Part shown: positions 38,874 to 53,338 of the stretch, piece after piece
Layout of the letters: every line of letters begins with the position of its first letter
Numbering within the stretch: position 1 is the stretch's first letter
Assembly (NCBI GenBank): GCA_030390025.1
Contig: CM059432.1
Location: 56,422,001 to 56,486,000 of the forward strand
Reading direction: 5' to 3'
DNA: 64,000 bases
Origin: Squalus acanthias
Taxonomy: Eukaryota
The notes under the pieces: model-generated
Seen by the model: the letters and a program-made list of their open reading frames with translations, nothing else
Told to the model about the DNA's origin: nothing
The model's database searches: none
Program-made: the position numbers and the translations under genes

Positions 38874-41800
38874 AGACGGAAGAAGAGGACGCCGAAGAGG
38901 AGGATACTGAAGGAAGGATGCAACCCAGACAACCCCCTTCTGGTTGGAATATCTGGGATGGAATCATCCGCCTGTGGTACCAGTGACCACAACCCCAATT
39001 GTCCCACCTTTCATCTGTTACTGACCATCACAGTATCCTCTTGGTCGCAATGCTGAATTAAAAGCCACTGCAAAGCAAACTTTCTAATCCAACTTTATAT
39101 ATCTATTCATCCAATACGACATCAAGAAATCAACTAATCACCCTTGTGCATTCCCTTCGTGACTGCCCTGTGTGTGCCTGTTTTTACATGATTTTAATTT
39201 TTTACATTTCAGAAGGCAATTCCCCTTTAAGGGACTGAATTGCTTTCTGAAATGACAGCTGTGCTTTGAGAAGGCTGTTCTTTCTCCAGTGATGCTGCGG
39301 CTACACTGCATTGGGGCCTCCTGCCGGGACGAATGCCACCAGAGTGATGTTGCACGGTAAGTTTAGCGCTGGGCTAATGTTAATTAGCCACCAGCGCTAA
39401 TTTATCAATCCTGCCAGTGCCATCATTTTTAGCAGCAATTAACACTGGCCTGCAGTGGCACTGGCAGGTTTTTACTAATACTGAATTTTTAGACCATGAT
39501 CTCTGGTTACTGACCCACTTGCGATTGGAAATAGTTCTCCCTACATGCTCTATCAAAACCCCTCATAATTTTGAATATCTCTATTGGGCCTCCCCTTAAC
39601 CACCTCTGTTCTAAGGAGAACAATCCCAGCTTCTCCAATTTCTCCACATAACTGAAGTTCCTCATCCCTGGTATCAACCTGGTAAATCTCGCCAGGGCCT
39701 TGACATCCTTCTTAAAGTGTGTCATCCAGAATTGTACATTGTACTCCAGCAGAGGCCTAACAAGTGATAGAATCAGAGAATGGTTACAGCACAGAAGGAG
39801 GCCATTTGGCCCGTGGAGCCCGTGCCAGCTCTCTGCAAGACCACTTCAGCTAGTCCCACTCCCCGCCCTTTCCCCGTAGCCCTGCAATTTTTTTTCCTTC
39901 AGGTACTTATCCAATTCTCTTTTGAAAGCCATGTTTGAATCTGCCTCCACCACCCTTTCAGGCAGTGCATTCCAGATCCTAACCACTCACTACGTAAAAA
40001 AGTATTTTCTCATGTCGAGTTTGGTTCTTTTGCCAATCACCTTAAATCTGTCCCCTCTGGTTCTCGACCCTTCCGCCAATGGAAACACCTTCTCTCTATC
40101 TACTCTGTCTAGACCCATCATGATTTTGAACACCTCTATCAAATCTCTTCTCAATCTTCTCTGCTCCAAGGAGAACAACCCCAGCTTCTCTTGTCTGTCA
40201 ACGTAACTGAAGTCCCTCATCCCTGGAACCATTCTCGTAAATCTTTTCTGCACCCTCTCGAAGGTCTTCACATCCTTCCTAAAGTGCGATGTCCAGAATT
40301 GGACACATTATTCCAGTTGAGGCCAAACCAGTGTTTTATAAAGGTTCACCATAACTTCCTTGCTTTTGTACTTTATGCCTCTATTTATGAAGCCCAGTAT
40401 CCCGTATGCATTTTTAACCGCTTTCTCAACCTGCCTTGCCACCTTCAATGATTTGTGCACATATACCCCCAGGTCTATCTGTTCATGCACCCCCTTTAGA
40501 ATTGTACCCTTTAGTTTATATTGCCTCTCCTCATTCTTCCTACCAAAATGTATCGCATTGCACTTTAATGCGTTAAATTTCACCTGCCACGTGTCCGCCC
40601 ATTCTACTGTGTCCTCTTGAAGTCTATCACTATCCTCCTCACTGTTCACTGTACTTCCAAGTTTTGTGTCATCTGCAAATTTTGAAATTGTGTTGTTAAT
40701 ATATATCAAGAAAAGCAGTGGTCCTAGTACCGACCCCTGGGGAACACCACTGTATACCTTCCTTCAGTCCTAAGAACAACCGTTCACCACTACTCTCTGT
40801 TTCCTGTCACTTAGCCAATTTTGTATCCATGCTGCCACTGTCCCTTTTATTCCATGGGCTTCAACTTTGCTGGCACTTTATCAAACGCCTTCTGGAAGTC
40901 CATGTACACCACGTCAACCGCATTGCCCTCATCAACCCTCTCTTACCTCATCAAAAAACTCGATCAAGTTAGTTAAGTTTGCCTTTAACAAATGGGTGCT
41001 AGCTTTCCTTGATTAATTCACACTTGTCCAAGTGATTGTTAATTTTGTCCCTGATTATCGTTTCTAAAAGCTTCCCCACTACCGAGGTTAAACTGACTGG
41101 CCTGTAGTTGCTGGGTTTATCATTACACCCTTTTTTGAACAAGAGTGTAACATTTGCAATTCTCCAGTCCTCTTGCACCACTCCTGTATCCAAGGAGGAT
41201 TGGAAAATTATGGCCAGTCCCTCTGCAATTTCCACCTTAACTTCCCTCAGCATCTGAGGATGCATCCCATCTGGTCCTGGTGACTTATCTACTTTAAATA
41301 CAGCGAGCCTTTCAAGTACCTCCTTTATCAATTTTTATCCCATCCAGTATCTCCACTACCTCCTCTTTCACTATGACTTTGGCAGCATCTTCTTCCTTGG
41401 TAAAGACAGATGCGAAGTACTAATTTAGTACCTCAGCCATGCCCTCTGCCTCCATGCGTAGGTCTACTTTTTGGTCCCTAATTGGCCCCACCCCTCCTTA
41501 TTACCCGTTTGTTTATTTATATGCCTATTGAAGACTTTTGAATTCTCTTATGTCTGCTGCCAATCTACTCTCTTACTCTTTGCCCCTTTTATTTTCTTTT
41601 TCACTTCCCCTCTGAACTTTATATATTCAGCCTGGTTCTCACTTGTATTCTCAACCTGACATCTGCCATACGTCCCCGTTTTCTGCTTCATCTTACTCTC
41701 TACCTCTTTCGTCATCCAGGGAGCTCTGACTTTGGTTGCCCTACCTTTCCCCTCCTGGGAATGTACCTTGATTGTACCTGAACCATCTCCTCTTTAAAGG

Positions 41801-42352
41801 CAGCCCACTGTTCTATTACAGTTTTGCCTGCCAAACTTTGATTCCAATTTACCCGGGCCAGATCCGTTCTCAACCCACTGAAATTGGCCCTCCTCCAATT
41901 AAGTATTTTTACTCTAGATTGCTCCTTGTCCTTTTCCATAGCTAATCTAAACCTTATGATACTATGATCACTGTTCCCTAAATGTTACCCTACTGGCACT
42001 TGCTTCACTTGACCCACCTCATTCCCCAGAACGAGATCCAGCAATGCCTCTTTCCTCGTTGGGCCGGAAACATACTGATCAAGAAAGTTCTTCTGAACAC
42101 ACTTAAGAAATTCTTCCCCCCCCTCTCTGCCCTTTACACTATTACAATCCCAGTCTATATTGGGATAGTTGAAGTCCCCCAGTATCACTACTCTATAGTT
42201 TTTGCGCCTCTCTGTAATTTCCCTCCAAATTTGCTCCTGTATATCCTGTAGAAGGCAACCTGTAGAATACACCTAGTAGTGTAATGGCACCTCCTATTAT
42301 TTTTCAACTCTAACCAAATAGATTCTGTCCTTGACCCCTCCAGGACATCCTC

Positions 42353-42820
42353 TGTGTCAGCTGTGGCTCAGTTAGTAGCATACTCGCTTATGAGTCAGAA
42401 GGTTGTGGGTTCAAGTCCCACTCCAGGTACTTGAGTAGATAAAGCTAGGCTGACGCTCCAGTACAGTGCTGAGGGAATGCTGCACTGTTGGAGGTGCCGT
42501 CTTTCGGATGAGACGTTAAACCGAGGCCCTGTTTGCTCTCTCAGGTGGACGTAAAAGATCCCATGGCACTATTTTGAAGAAGAGTAGGGGAGTTATCCCC
42601 GGTGTCCTGGCCAATATTTATCTCTCAACCAACATAACATAAACAGATTATCTGTTCATTATCACATTGCTGTTTGTGGGAGCTTGCTGTGGGAGCTGGC
42701 TGCCACGTTTCCCACATTACAACAGTGGCTACACTTCAAAAATACTTCATTGACTGTAAAGTGCTTTGAGACATCCGGTGGTTGTGAAAGGCGCTATATA
42801 AGTGCAAGTCTTTTTTTTCT
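42353..42820 (+). mobile_element. Full-length tRNA-derived Deu-domain SINE (SacSINE1-like)
   Basis: A box TGGCTCAGTTAG (42364), B box GTTCAAGTC (42409), central GGAGGTGCCGTCTTTCGGATGAGACGTTAAACCGAGG, L2-like tail AGGCGCTATATAAGTGCAAG; interrupts the CR1 APE region. Confidence 0.85.
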
Positions 42821-44124
42821 CTCTCCAGCACTAACATTCTCCTTAACGCATACTGCCACCCCACCTCCTTTCTTTCCTTCCCTATCTTTCCTGAACACCT
42901 TATATCCAGGAATATTTAATACCCGATCCTGCCCTTTTTTGAGCCAGGTCTCCGTTATCGCCACGACATCATATTCCCATGTGGCTATTTGCGCCTGAAG
43001 CTCAGCAACCTTATTTACCACACTTCATAAACCTATCTTAGGCCTTGTATTCTCTCTTGGTCTGACCCCACCTGATACCGTACTATTTCTTACTCTAGTG
43101 CTATCTGTCTCTCCCAATCCTTTGTGCACTTTGTTTCTCCCTTCTAATGGTACATCCTGGTGCGCATCCCCCTGCCAAATTATTTTAAACCCTCCCCAGC
43201 AGCACGAGCAAACCCCGCCACGAGGATATTGGTCCCGGCTCTGTTGAGGAGCAACCCGTCCGGCCTGTACAGGTCCCACCTCCCCCAGAACCGGTCCCAA
43301 TGTCTCAGGAATCTAAAGCCCTCCCTCCTGCACCATCTCTCTAGCCACGTATTCATCTGCTCTATACTCAGTACTCCTGGTGCCACGAGCTAATCTGGAG
43401 ATTACTACCTTTTGAGGTCCTGCTTTTTAATCTCTTTCCTAGCTCCCTAAAATCTGCCTGCAGTACCGCATCCCTCTTTCTACCTATGTCGTTGATACCG
43501 ATATGGACCACGACCTCTGGCTGTTCACCCTTCCTGCTCAGTGACATCCTTGACCCTGGCATCAGGGAGGCAACATACCATTCTGGAATCACAGCTCCAG
43601 AAATGCCTATCTGTTCCCCTAACTATCGAATTCCCTATCACTATTGCTTTCCCGATCTTCCTCCTCCCACCTGTGGTGGCTTGGACTTGGCTCTGGCTGT
43701 ACTCCCCAGAGGAACCATCGCCCTCACGTTAGAGAGTAAGATGGACGCGGGGGATTCCTGCACTACCTGCCTGGTCCTCCTTGTCTGTCTGGCAGCCACC
43801 CATTCCCTCTCTGCCTGCATACTTTTACGCTGAGGGTTGACCACCTCCTGAAACGTGCTATCCACGTAGCTCTCAGCCTCACAGATGCACCACAGTGACG
43901 CCAGCTGCTGCTCAAGATCCAAAACCTGGAGCTGGAGCTCCTCCGGCTGACGACACTTCCTGCACACGTGGTTGTCCAGGACACAGGCGGCATCCTCGAG
44001 TTCCCCCATGGCACAAGCTGTGTATTCCACAGGACTGAAGTGCCCTGCCATGCTTCTATTTATTCGACTATTAACTAACTTGCAGAAATAAACTGAAGAC
44101 TTGCAGAAATAAACTGAAGACTAT

Positions 44125-44866
44125 GAAGGAGAAATTCATTATAGCGCCGTTTGGGATGCTAACTTTTAAAAGTTGAGAAAATTAGTGCTCGGTGCTAAAG
44201 TTTCTAAACTTTAAAAAAATTTGGTTTTGCGCTCCACGAAGGAAGTGGAGCGCTAAATCAAGCACTCCACTTCCTTCTTGGAGCGCAATCAGCAGCAGGC
44301 GGGGCGGAGACTTCAGCAGCGCTGCAAACTGGGCCGTGCAGCGCTGCTGCGTTCAAAGGCTCCTTCCCTTCCATAAAGGGAAGGGCCATCGCTGCAGGCT
44401 CTGCAATATAAAAAGTACCTACCTAGACCACCAAGGCAGCTGCGATCCCACGCATTGGCCCGGCACTCAAGTAGAGTGCCAGACTGATCGATTGCGGGCA
44501 GGAACCATGAAAAAAACTGGAACAAGAAAGGTTAGGTTTTTTTTTACTTACTTCAGCCACCTCGCTTTTAATCATCGTCCCTGAAGTGGCCGGCCGGCCG
44601 ATGCACACCATCTGCAGCTGTCGGTGTTTTCGACCGGCGTTGCTGCAGGTGGCGAAAGTCAATTTCGGGTCCGGGACGATGCGCACGGCGATGACGTCAC
44701 GATCTCCGGGCGAAGGAGATCGGGGCACAATGCCGTAGCACCGCTGCAAAACTCCCGCTGAATATGGCGGGTGTCGATTTCAGCGCTGCGCCCGGTCGCA
44801 AAGCCATTTGCATACCGTTAGCACCCCCGGCTAACTGGAGGCGCAAAAGCACCCAATTTCGTCCCC
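44125..44866. mobile_element. GC/CpG-rich non-autonomous TIR element (Harbinger-like) in the CR1 5'UTR
   Basis: Ends GAAGGAGAAATT / AATTTCGTCCCC are imperfect inverted repeats; sharp composition change; TSD not clean. Confidence 0.55.
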
Positions 44867-46434
44867 ATTTAGTCTTAAAAGTCAGGCCTTCCTTTATCTC
44901 CGGCCACTTCCCTCGCTCTTTTAGTGAAAGTCTTTATTCAAATGGTTTTTTACAGCTATATTAATTAGTTTATCTAGTTACGTTAGAGAGAATAAAATGC
45001 TAATACTCACCTACCAATCACCTACCTGCTGTCCTGTGATGTCACTCCTTGATTTTTGCTATTCTTTTAGATTTCGTGAGATTTGTACTGCCCCCTCCTT
45101 CCAGGTCCACTGCCTCGGCCTCGGCCTCCTGTGCTCTTTATTTTCTGCCGCCGCCTCCTTCCAGGTCCACTGCCTCGGCCTCCCGCGCTCTTTATTCTCT
45201 GCTGTCTCCTCTGCTGCTGAGTCCTTCCAGGATTTGTAAAGGTTTAGCATGACTACTTTTTTTGTATTCAATGCCCCTATTTACAAAGCCAAGTATCCCA
45301 TAGGCTTTCTTAACTGCCTTATCAACTTGCCCTGCCACCTTCAAAGTTTTGTGACTATGCACCCCCAGGTCCCCCTGTTCTTGCAGCCCCCCTCAAAGTA
45401 GTACCATTTAGATTATACTGCCTCTCCATGTTGTTTCTTGCTAAGTGCATCACTTCACACTTGTGCACAATAAATTGCATCTGCTCATTTCACCTGTTTG
45501 TCCATGTCCTCCTGAAGGCTGCTACTATCATGCTCACTATTTACTACATTGCCAAGTTTTGTATCCTCCGCAAATTTGGAAATTGTACTCCCTATACCCA
45601 AGTCCAGGTCATTAGAAATCTATATAAAAACAAAAAAGCAATAGTCCTAATACCGACCCCTAGGGGACCCCACTGCCTACTTCTCTACAGTTAGAAAACC
45701 ATCCGTTCTCCACGTCCTATCCCTTAGCCAATTACATACCTAAGTTACCGCTTCTATTTTCCGAGTAAGTCTGTTATGAGGTACTTCATCAAATGCCTTT
45801 TGGAAGTCCATATATATAACATCTACTGCACTATCTTCATCAACCCTCTCTGTTACTTCAAAGAACTGTCGACAGCCCTCGTTATCCTTTCTGCCAGGAC
45901 ACTGGTCCCACGCTGGTTCTGGTGGAACCTGTCCCAGCGTTACAGCTCCTTCCTGTTGCAGTGCTGGTGGCAGTGTCCCATTAAATGAAACGCATCCTTC
46001 CCACACCAGTCTTCCAGCCACGTATTCACCTTCCTGATCTGCCTATCTCTATGCCAATTAGCACGTGGCTTGGGTAGTAATTCTAATATTACCACCCACG
46101 ATGTCCTGTTTTTTAATTTGGTTCTTAACTTCTGATATAGTTTCAGCAGGACCTCCTCCCTTTCCTGGCGAAATTAATGGGACTGAAAGCCGATAAATCC
46201 CCTGGACCTGATGGCCAACATCCTAGGGTTTTGAAAGAGGTGGCTATAGAGATAGTGGATGCATTGGTTGTCATTTTCCAAAATTCCATAGATTCTAGAA
46301 CGGTTCCTGCATATTGGTAGGTAGCAAATGTAACCCCACTATTTTAAGAAAGGAGGGAGAGAGAAATGGGGAACCACAGACCAGTTAGCCTGACATCATT
46401 AGTAGGGAAAATGCTAGAATCTATTATTAAGGAC

Positions 46435-47866
46435 ATTGTTCAAGAAGGAGTGCAAGGACAATCCGAGTAACTACAGGCCGGTCAGTTTAACATCAGTGGT
46501 GGGTAAAGTTTTAGAAACAATAATCAAGGAAAAAATTGATGGACATTTGGAGAGATTTAAGCTAATTAAGGAAAGCCAACACGGGTTTGTAAAAGGAAGA
46601 TCGTGTTTGACTAATCTAATTGAATTTTTTGATGAAGTAACACAGAGGATTGATGAAGGGGATGCAATGGATGTTGTCTACATGGATTTTCGGAAGGCGT
46701 TTGACAAAGTACCACATAGAAGGCTGGTTAACAAAATTGAGGCTCATGGAATAGGTGGGTCAGTGACAGCTTGGATAATGAATTGGCTTAAGGACAGAAA
46801 ACAGTGAGTTGTGGTAAATGGCTGTTTTTCAGACTGGAGGATGGTAGACAGTGGTGTTCCTCAAGGGTCAGTGCTGGGGCCACTGCTTTTTTTGATTATA
46901 TATAAATGACCTAGATATTGGAATACAGAGTAGAATTTCTAAATTTGCCGATGATGCCAAACTTGGGGGTGTGGCAAACAGTGATGATATCAATCGACTG
47001 CAACAGGATATAGAAAGGCTAGCAGAATGGGCAGACAGTGGCAGATGGAATTTAATAGAGAGAAGTGTGAGGTGATGCATTTTGGCAGAAGGAACAGGGA
47101 GAGGCAATATACACTTAATGGCACAGTTTTAAAGAGTGTTCAGGGGTAGAGGGACCTGGGAGTTAATGTGCATAGGTCCCTGAAGGTGGCAGGACATATT
47201 GAGAAAGTGGTTATCAAAGCATATGGGATCTTGGGCTTCATAAATAGAGGTATCGAGTACAAAAGTAGAGCAGTTATGCTGAATCTTTATACTGTAAAGT
47301 GCTGGTTAGGCCACAACTGGAGTATTGCGTCTAGTTGTGGTCACCACACTTTAGGAAGGATGTGAAGGCCCTTGAGAGGGTGCAGAGGAGATTTACCAGA
47401 ATGGTTCCGGGGATGGGGGATCTTGGCTACAAGGACAGGTTGGAGAAGTTGGATTTGTTTTCATTAGAGCAAAGGAGGTTGAGGGGTGATTTGATAGAGG
47501 TGCGCAAGATTATGACGGGTTTGGATAGGCTAGACTGGGAAAGGCTGTTCCCACTAGTTGATGGCACAAGGACTAGGGGACACAGATTTAAAGTTTTGGG
47601 CAAGAGATACAGGGGGGACGTGAGGAAAAAATGTTTTACACAGCGAGTGGTGATGACCTGGAATTCGCTGCTGACGGATGTGGTGGAAGCAGAGAGACAC
47701 AATGTTTTCAAGGAGAGACTGGATAGGCACTTGAGGGAAATAAACTTGCAGGGCTACGGAGATAGAGCGGGGGAATGGGACTGACTGGATTGCTCTTCAG
47801 AGAGCCGGCACGGACTCGATGGGCCGAATGGCCGCCTCCTGTGCCGTTATGACTCTATGACTCTAA
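46435..47866 (+). mobile_element. 5'-truncated CR1 LINE
   Basis: [36 protein letters not shown]; (ATGACTCT)n tail. Confidence 0.9.
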
Positions 47867-47977
47867 CGTGGTAACAGGGCACTTAGAAAATAATAATAGG
47901 ATTGGGTAGAGTCAACACGGATTTATGAAGTGGATATCATGTTTGACAAATCTGTTAGAATTTTTTGAGGTTGTAAT

Positions 47978-50552
47978 TAGGGTTGCAAAATTCTGGGAAT
48001 TTTTAAAAGAGGAAACTTTCCATGGGAATTTTCGGGAATTTATGGGAATTTTGGGAATTTAGAGTTTTTTTGCACACTGATGGTTTTTGTCTCTGACCCT
48101 TATATTATCTTTGTCATCAAAATAGACATACTGTTCCATACAAATAAAAACAGGCTTTCAAAACTTTATTTAGGTTATAATTTTGAACTTTATTGAACCC
48201 CCACAAAAAAGACCCATCTAAAATAAAATAAAAAGAGCGTCAGCTTATTTAGCCTGTAATTTGTTCTTATTTTGTCCCTTTGAGTCTTCTACTCCTCATT
48301 GCTCCTCCTGATTCTCTGACTCTGGCTCTGACGTGTCCATTTCCTCCTCTGTGTCACTGTCTTGCTGTGTGGTGGACACTTCTGTATCTGGCTCAATAAG
48401 TTGTAGGTTCGCCCGGATAGCCACCAGTTTTTCCACTCTCTTGTTAGTCAACCTGTTGCGCACCTTTGTATGCGTATTCCCAAAAAGTGACCAGTTTCGT
48501 TCAGAGGCCGCTGATGAAGGTGGGATTTCGAGTATCACCGATGCAATGGGTGACAGGGCCTCAGATGCACAAAGTCCCTTCCACCAGGTATGTGCACTGA
48601 TATGCTTGCATGATTCCCATATCCCGTCCCCATTCCAAAGACCTTGCTTGGTAGAGAACTTTGCCAGACTTCCCAGAACTTTGCCCACGTCCAGATTGAG
48701 GCGGCGTGAGAGGGTAGAAATCACACTGTAAGCGCTGTTGATCTATACTCCAGAAAGTATTGGTCTCCCAACATGCTTTGGGTCCAGCATGAATCGGCTT
48801 GACACAAAATTCTTGACGCATCTGTATGAATTGAACAATTGCCTTCTCCTCTGCTTTGAGCAGTAGGGATGTGGGTAGGGCAATGCTGATTTGTTCTTTT
48901 AAATCAGCAAAAAGCCTGAGAACATCTGACAAGACAGCGTCATCTCCTTCAATCTGAGCAATTGCAGATGCTACTGGTGAGAGTAATTTAAGGCTGCTAA
49001 CCTCTCTCTCCCAAAACACATCATCCAGCAGTATTTTCTTGATGGTGGTTTCCATATCCCCAGACTGGGATATTGCCATTTGTTGCAGCGACTCCTTACC
49101 CTCCAGAAGGCTGTTGTACATTATGACAACGCCACCCCATCTAGTGTTGCTGGGCAGCTTCAGTGTGGTGTTCTTGTTCTTTGTTGTTTGCTTGGAGTTG
49201 TTGGTTGCTGCAACTACCTGTTTTCCCCTGACATACTTAACAACTTGCTTGGCTCTCTTGTGCAGTGTTTCCATGGTTCTCAAACCCATGATGTCCTTGA
49301 GGAGCAGGTTGAGCCCATGAGCTGCACACCCAATAGATGTAATATGAGGGTAGGCCTCCTCCACTTGAGCCCAAGCAGCCTTCATATTCGCAGCATTGTC
49401 AGCAACTACTGCAAAGACCTTTTGTGATCCAAGATCGTTGATGACCGTTTTCAGCTCATCAGCAATGTATGTGCCTGTGTGTCTGTTGTCCTTCGTGTCT
49501 GTGCTCTTGAAGAACACTGGGAGAGGAGTGGAAACGATGTAGTTTATGATGCCCTCCCCTCATACATTTGACCACCCATCTGAGATAACTGCAACACAGT
49601 CTGCCATCTCTATTGTTTCTCTGAGCTTTCCTTGGACTCTGTTATACTCAGCCTCCAGCAAATAAGTAGACAAAGCATGTCTGGTGGGAGGACAGTATGC
49701 AGGGCGAATAACATTGAAAAATCTCTTCCAGTACACATTGGCTGTGAGCATGAGGGGTGAGCCTGTTGCATATACAGCTCGAGCAAGGCAATCATCTGCA
49801 TTCTTCTGGCTATGGTTATCCATTGTATCAAAGAACCTTCCAAGTGGGCCAGGAGTTGCTGATGATAAGGAGCCTGATGCTGAATGTGAACCATCATCTT
49901 CTTGAATGGAAGCAGAGGAAGTCTGGGCTGACTGCTGTGAGCTTTGAGTGAAGTTGTTGCATTTGGATAAATGCTGCTGCATCTTTGTGGCATTCTTTAC
50001 ATATGGCTTTGTACAGTGTTTGCACATGTACACAGTCTTTCCATCTTTAATGCCTGGGGTAAAATGCTTCCACACATCCGACGGTAAACGTGGCATTGTT
50101 CTATGCAGAGAAATAAAGGGCATTCGTCTCTGTCGAACTGCGGTCGATCAGCACGATTGTAACAGGCCAGGGTGAGTAAATTTTTCCTGATGCTCCATGT
50201 GATGGAAGCATGACCTGTGCACGCACGACGCTACATCACCAATAGAGGGAGCTAATCGCTCATCCACTCATCAACCAATCAGGACACATTTGTTCATAGT
50301 CACACACAAAACTTGTAATTATTAAAACAAGCCAAGTAAGAAGATAAACATATATTGATTAAGAAATTCCTTAATAATTAAGATTCCATCTCTGTTAGTA
50401 ATTTTAAGAGAGGACCTGTGGGGGAAAAAAAAAGACAAAAAAAACCCAATATTATGCTAGCATGTGCTTTTTTGGGCAAAATTCCCAAGCTAAACTTCCC
50501 GTGGAAAATTTCCGGAAATTTACCGGAAACTTTCCACCCCTTTGCAACTCTA
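47978..50552 (-). mobile_element. Near-complete hAT DNA transposon (2575 bp)
   Basis: TIR TAGGGTTGCAAA / TTTGCAACTCTA; 8-bp TSD GTTGTAAT/GTTGTAAC; subterminal GGGAATTT-type repeats at both ends; transposase inside. Confidence 0.95.
48296..50096 (-). pseudogene. hAT transposase (BED finger, DUF659-type catalytic region, dimerisation domain), disrupted
   Basis: VWKHF..CKHC..HLSKC, SDGWSN, DNAANM, CAAH, TRW, PPSSAASERNWS; lesions are an in-frame TGA at 49560-49562, a frameshift near 48790 and a TAG at 48743-48745. Confidence 0.92.
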
Positions 50553-51759
50553 GTTGTAACTAGCAGAATAGATAAGGGGGAATCAGTGGATGTGGTTTAT
50601 TTGGATTTTCAGAAGGCATTCGATAAGGTGCCACACAAGAGTTTATTAAACAAAATTAGGGCTCATGGGCTTGGGGGTCATATACTTGCGTGGATTGAGG
50701 ATTGGTTAACGGACAGAAAACAGAGAGTAGGAATAAACGGGCCATTTTCGGGTTGGCAGGCTGTAACTAGTGGGGTACTGCAAGGATCAGTGCTTGGGCC
50801 TCAGTTATTCACAATCTACATCAATGATTTGGATGAGTTTGTTGATACAAAGCTGGGTGGGAATGTAAGTTGTGAGGAGGATGCAAGGAGGCTTCAAGGG
50901 ATATAGACAGGCTAAGTGAGTGGGCAAGAACATGGCAAATGGAATATAATGTGGAGAAATGTGAAGTTATCCACTTTGGTAGGAAAAATAGAAAAGCAGA
51001 GTATTTTTTAAATGGTGAGAGATTGGGAAATGTTGGTGTTCAGAGGGACCTTGGTGTCCTTGTACACAAATCATTGAAAGTTAACATGCAGGTACAGCAA
51101 GCAATTAGGAAAGCAAATGGTATGTTGGCCTTTATTGCAAGAAGATTTGAGTATAAGAGTAAAGACGTCTTACTGCAGTTATATAGGGCCCTGGTGAGAT
51201 CACACCTGGAGTATTGTGTACAGTTTTGGTCTCCTTACCGAAGGAAGGATATACTTGCCTTCGAGGGAGTGCAACGAAGGTTCACCAGACTGGTTCCTGG
51301 GATGGGGGAATTGTCCTGTGAGGAGAGATTGAGTTTAGAAGAATGAGAGATGATTTCATTGAAACATACAAAATTCTTACAGGGTTTGACAGGGTAGATG
51401 CAGGGAGGATGTTTCCCCTGGCTGGGGAGTCTAGAACCAGGGGTCACGGTCTCAGAATAAGGGGTTTGCCATTTAGAACTGAGAAGAGGAGAAATTTATT
51501 CACTCAGAGGGTGGTGAATCTTTGGAATTCTCAGTTGTTGAGTATATTCAAGACCGCGATCGATAAATTTTTGAATATTAAGGGAATCAAGGGATATGGG
51601 GATAGTGCAGGAAAGTGGAGATGAGGTAAAAGATCGGCCATGATATTGAATGGCGGAGCAGGCTCGAAGGGCCAAATGACCTCCTCCTGATCCTATTTCT
51701 TATGTTCTTATGTACCCTATGTCATTGGACCATGACAACTGGATCTTCCCCCTCCCTTT

Positions 51760-53338
<1,579 letters not shown>

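Larger units (their letters stand above)
37441..39495. mobile_element. PIF/Harbinger-like non-autonomous transposon with nested LTR and Penelope inserts
   Basis: Ends GGCCCAGAAATT / AATTTTTAGACC; 3-bp TSD ATG (37438-37440, 39496-39498); CR1 is continuous across it. Confidence 0.8.
39769..45229 (-). mobile_element. Near full-length degenerate CR1 LINE (5'UTR, ORF1 zinc finger/leucine zipper and esterase, ORF2 APE-RT)
   Basis: ORF1 MAGHFSPVEYTACAM..CRKC..LEQQL, VVVHIGINDIG, DGLLLNR; ORF2 VVAITETWL, LGDFNYP, KSPGPDG, KFADD; split by SINE 42353 and element 44125. Confidence 0.88.
46148..51713 (+). mobile_element. CR1 RT half split by a second CR1 and a hAT transposon
   Basis: Pieces 46148-46434, 47867-47977 and 50553-51713 are collinear RT sequence; ends in a (TTCTTATG)n tail. 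Confidence 0.85.

Noticed and set aside
42353..42425. tRNA gene (also at 24781-24870)
   Set aside because: A and B boxes are present but there is no convincing cloverleaf, and both continue into retroposon bodies, so these are SINE/LINE heads.
44079..44120. 21-bp tandem duplication ACTTGCAGAAATAAACTGAAG, and the two ~60-bp repeats at 45095-45200
   Set aside because: Two-copy local duplications in a CR1 5'UTR with no spacers; not CRISPR-like or otherwise informative.
44125..44866. CpG island resembling the mammalian PEG13 imprinted locus in a TRAPPC9 intron
   Set aside because: The CpG-rich segment has inverted ends and lies inside a CR1 5'UTR, so it is better explained as a transposon; no evidence of homology.
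48296..50096. Domesticated ZBED-like host gene
   Set aside because: It retains TIRs and a TSD, sits inside a CR1, and has two stops and a frameshift.
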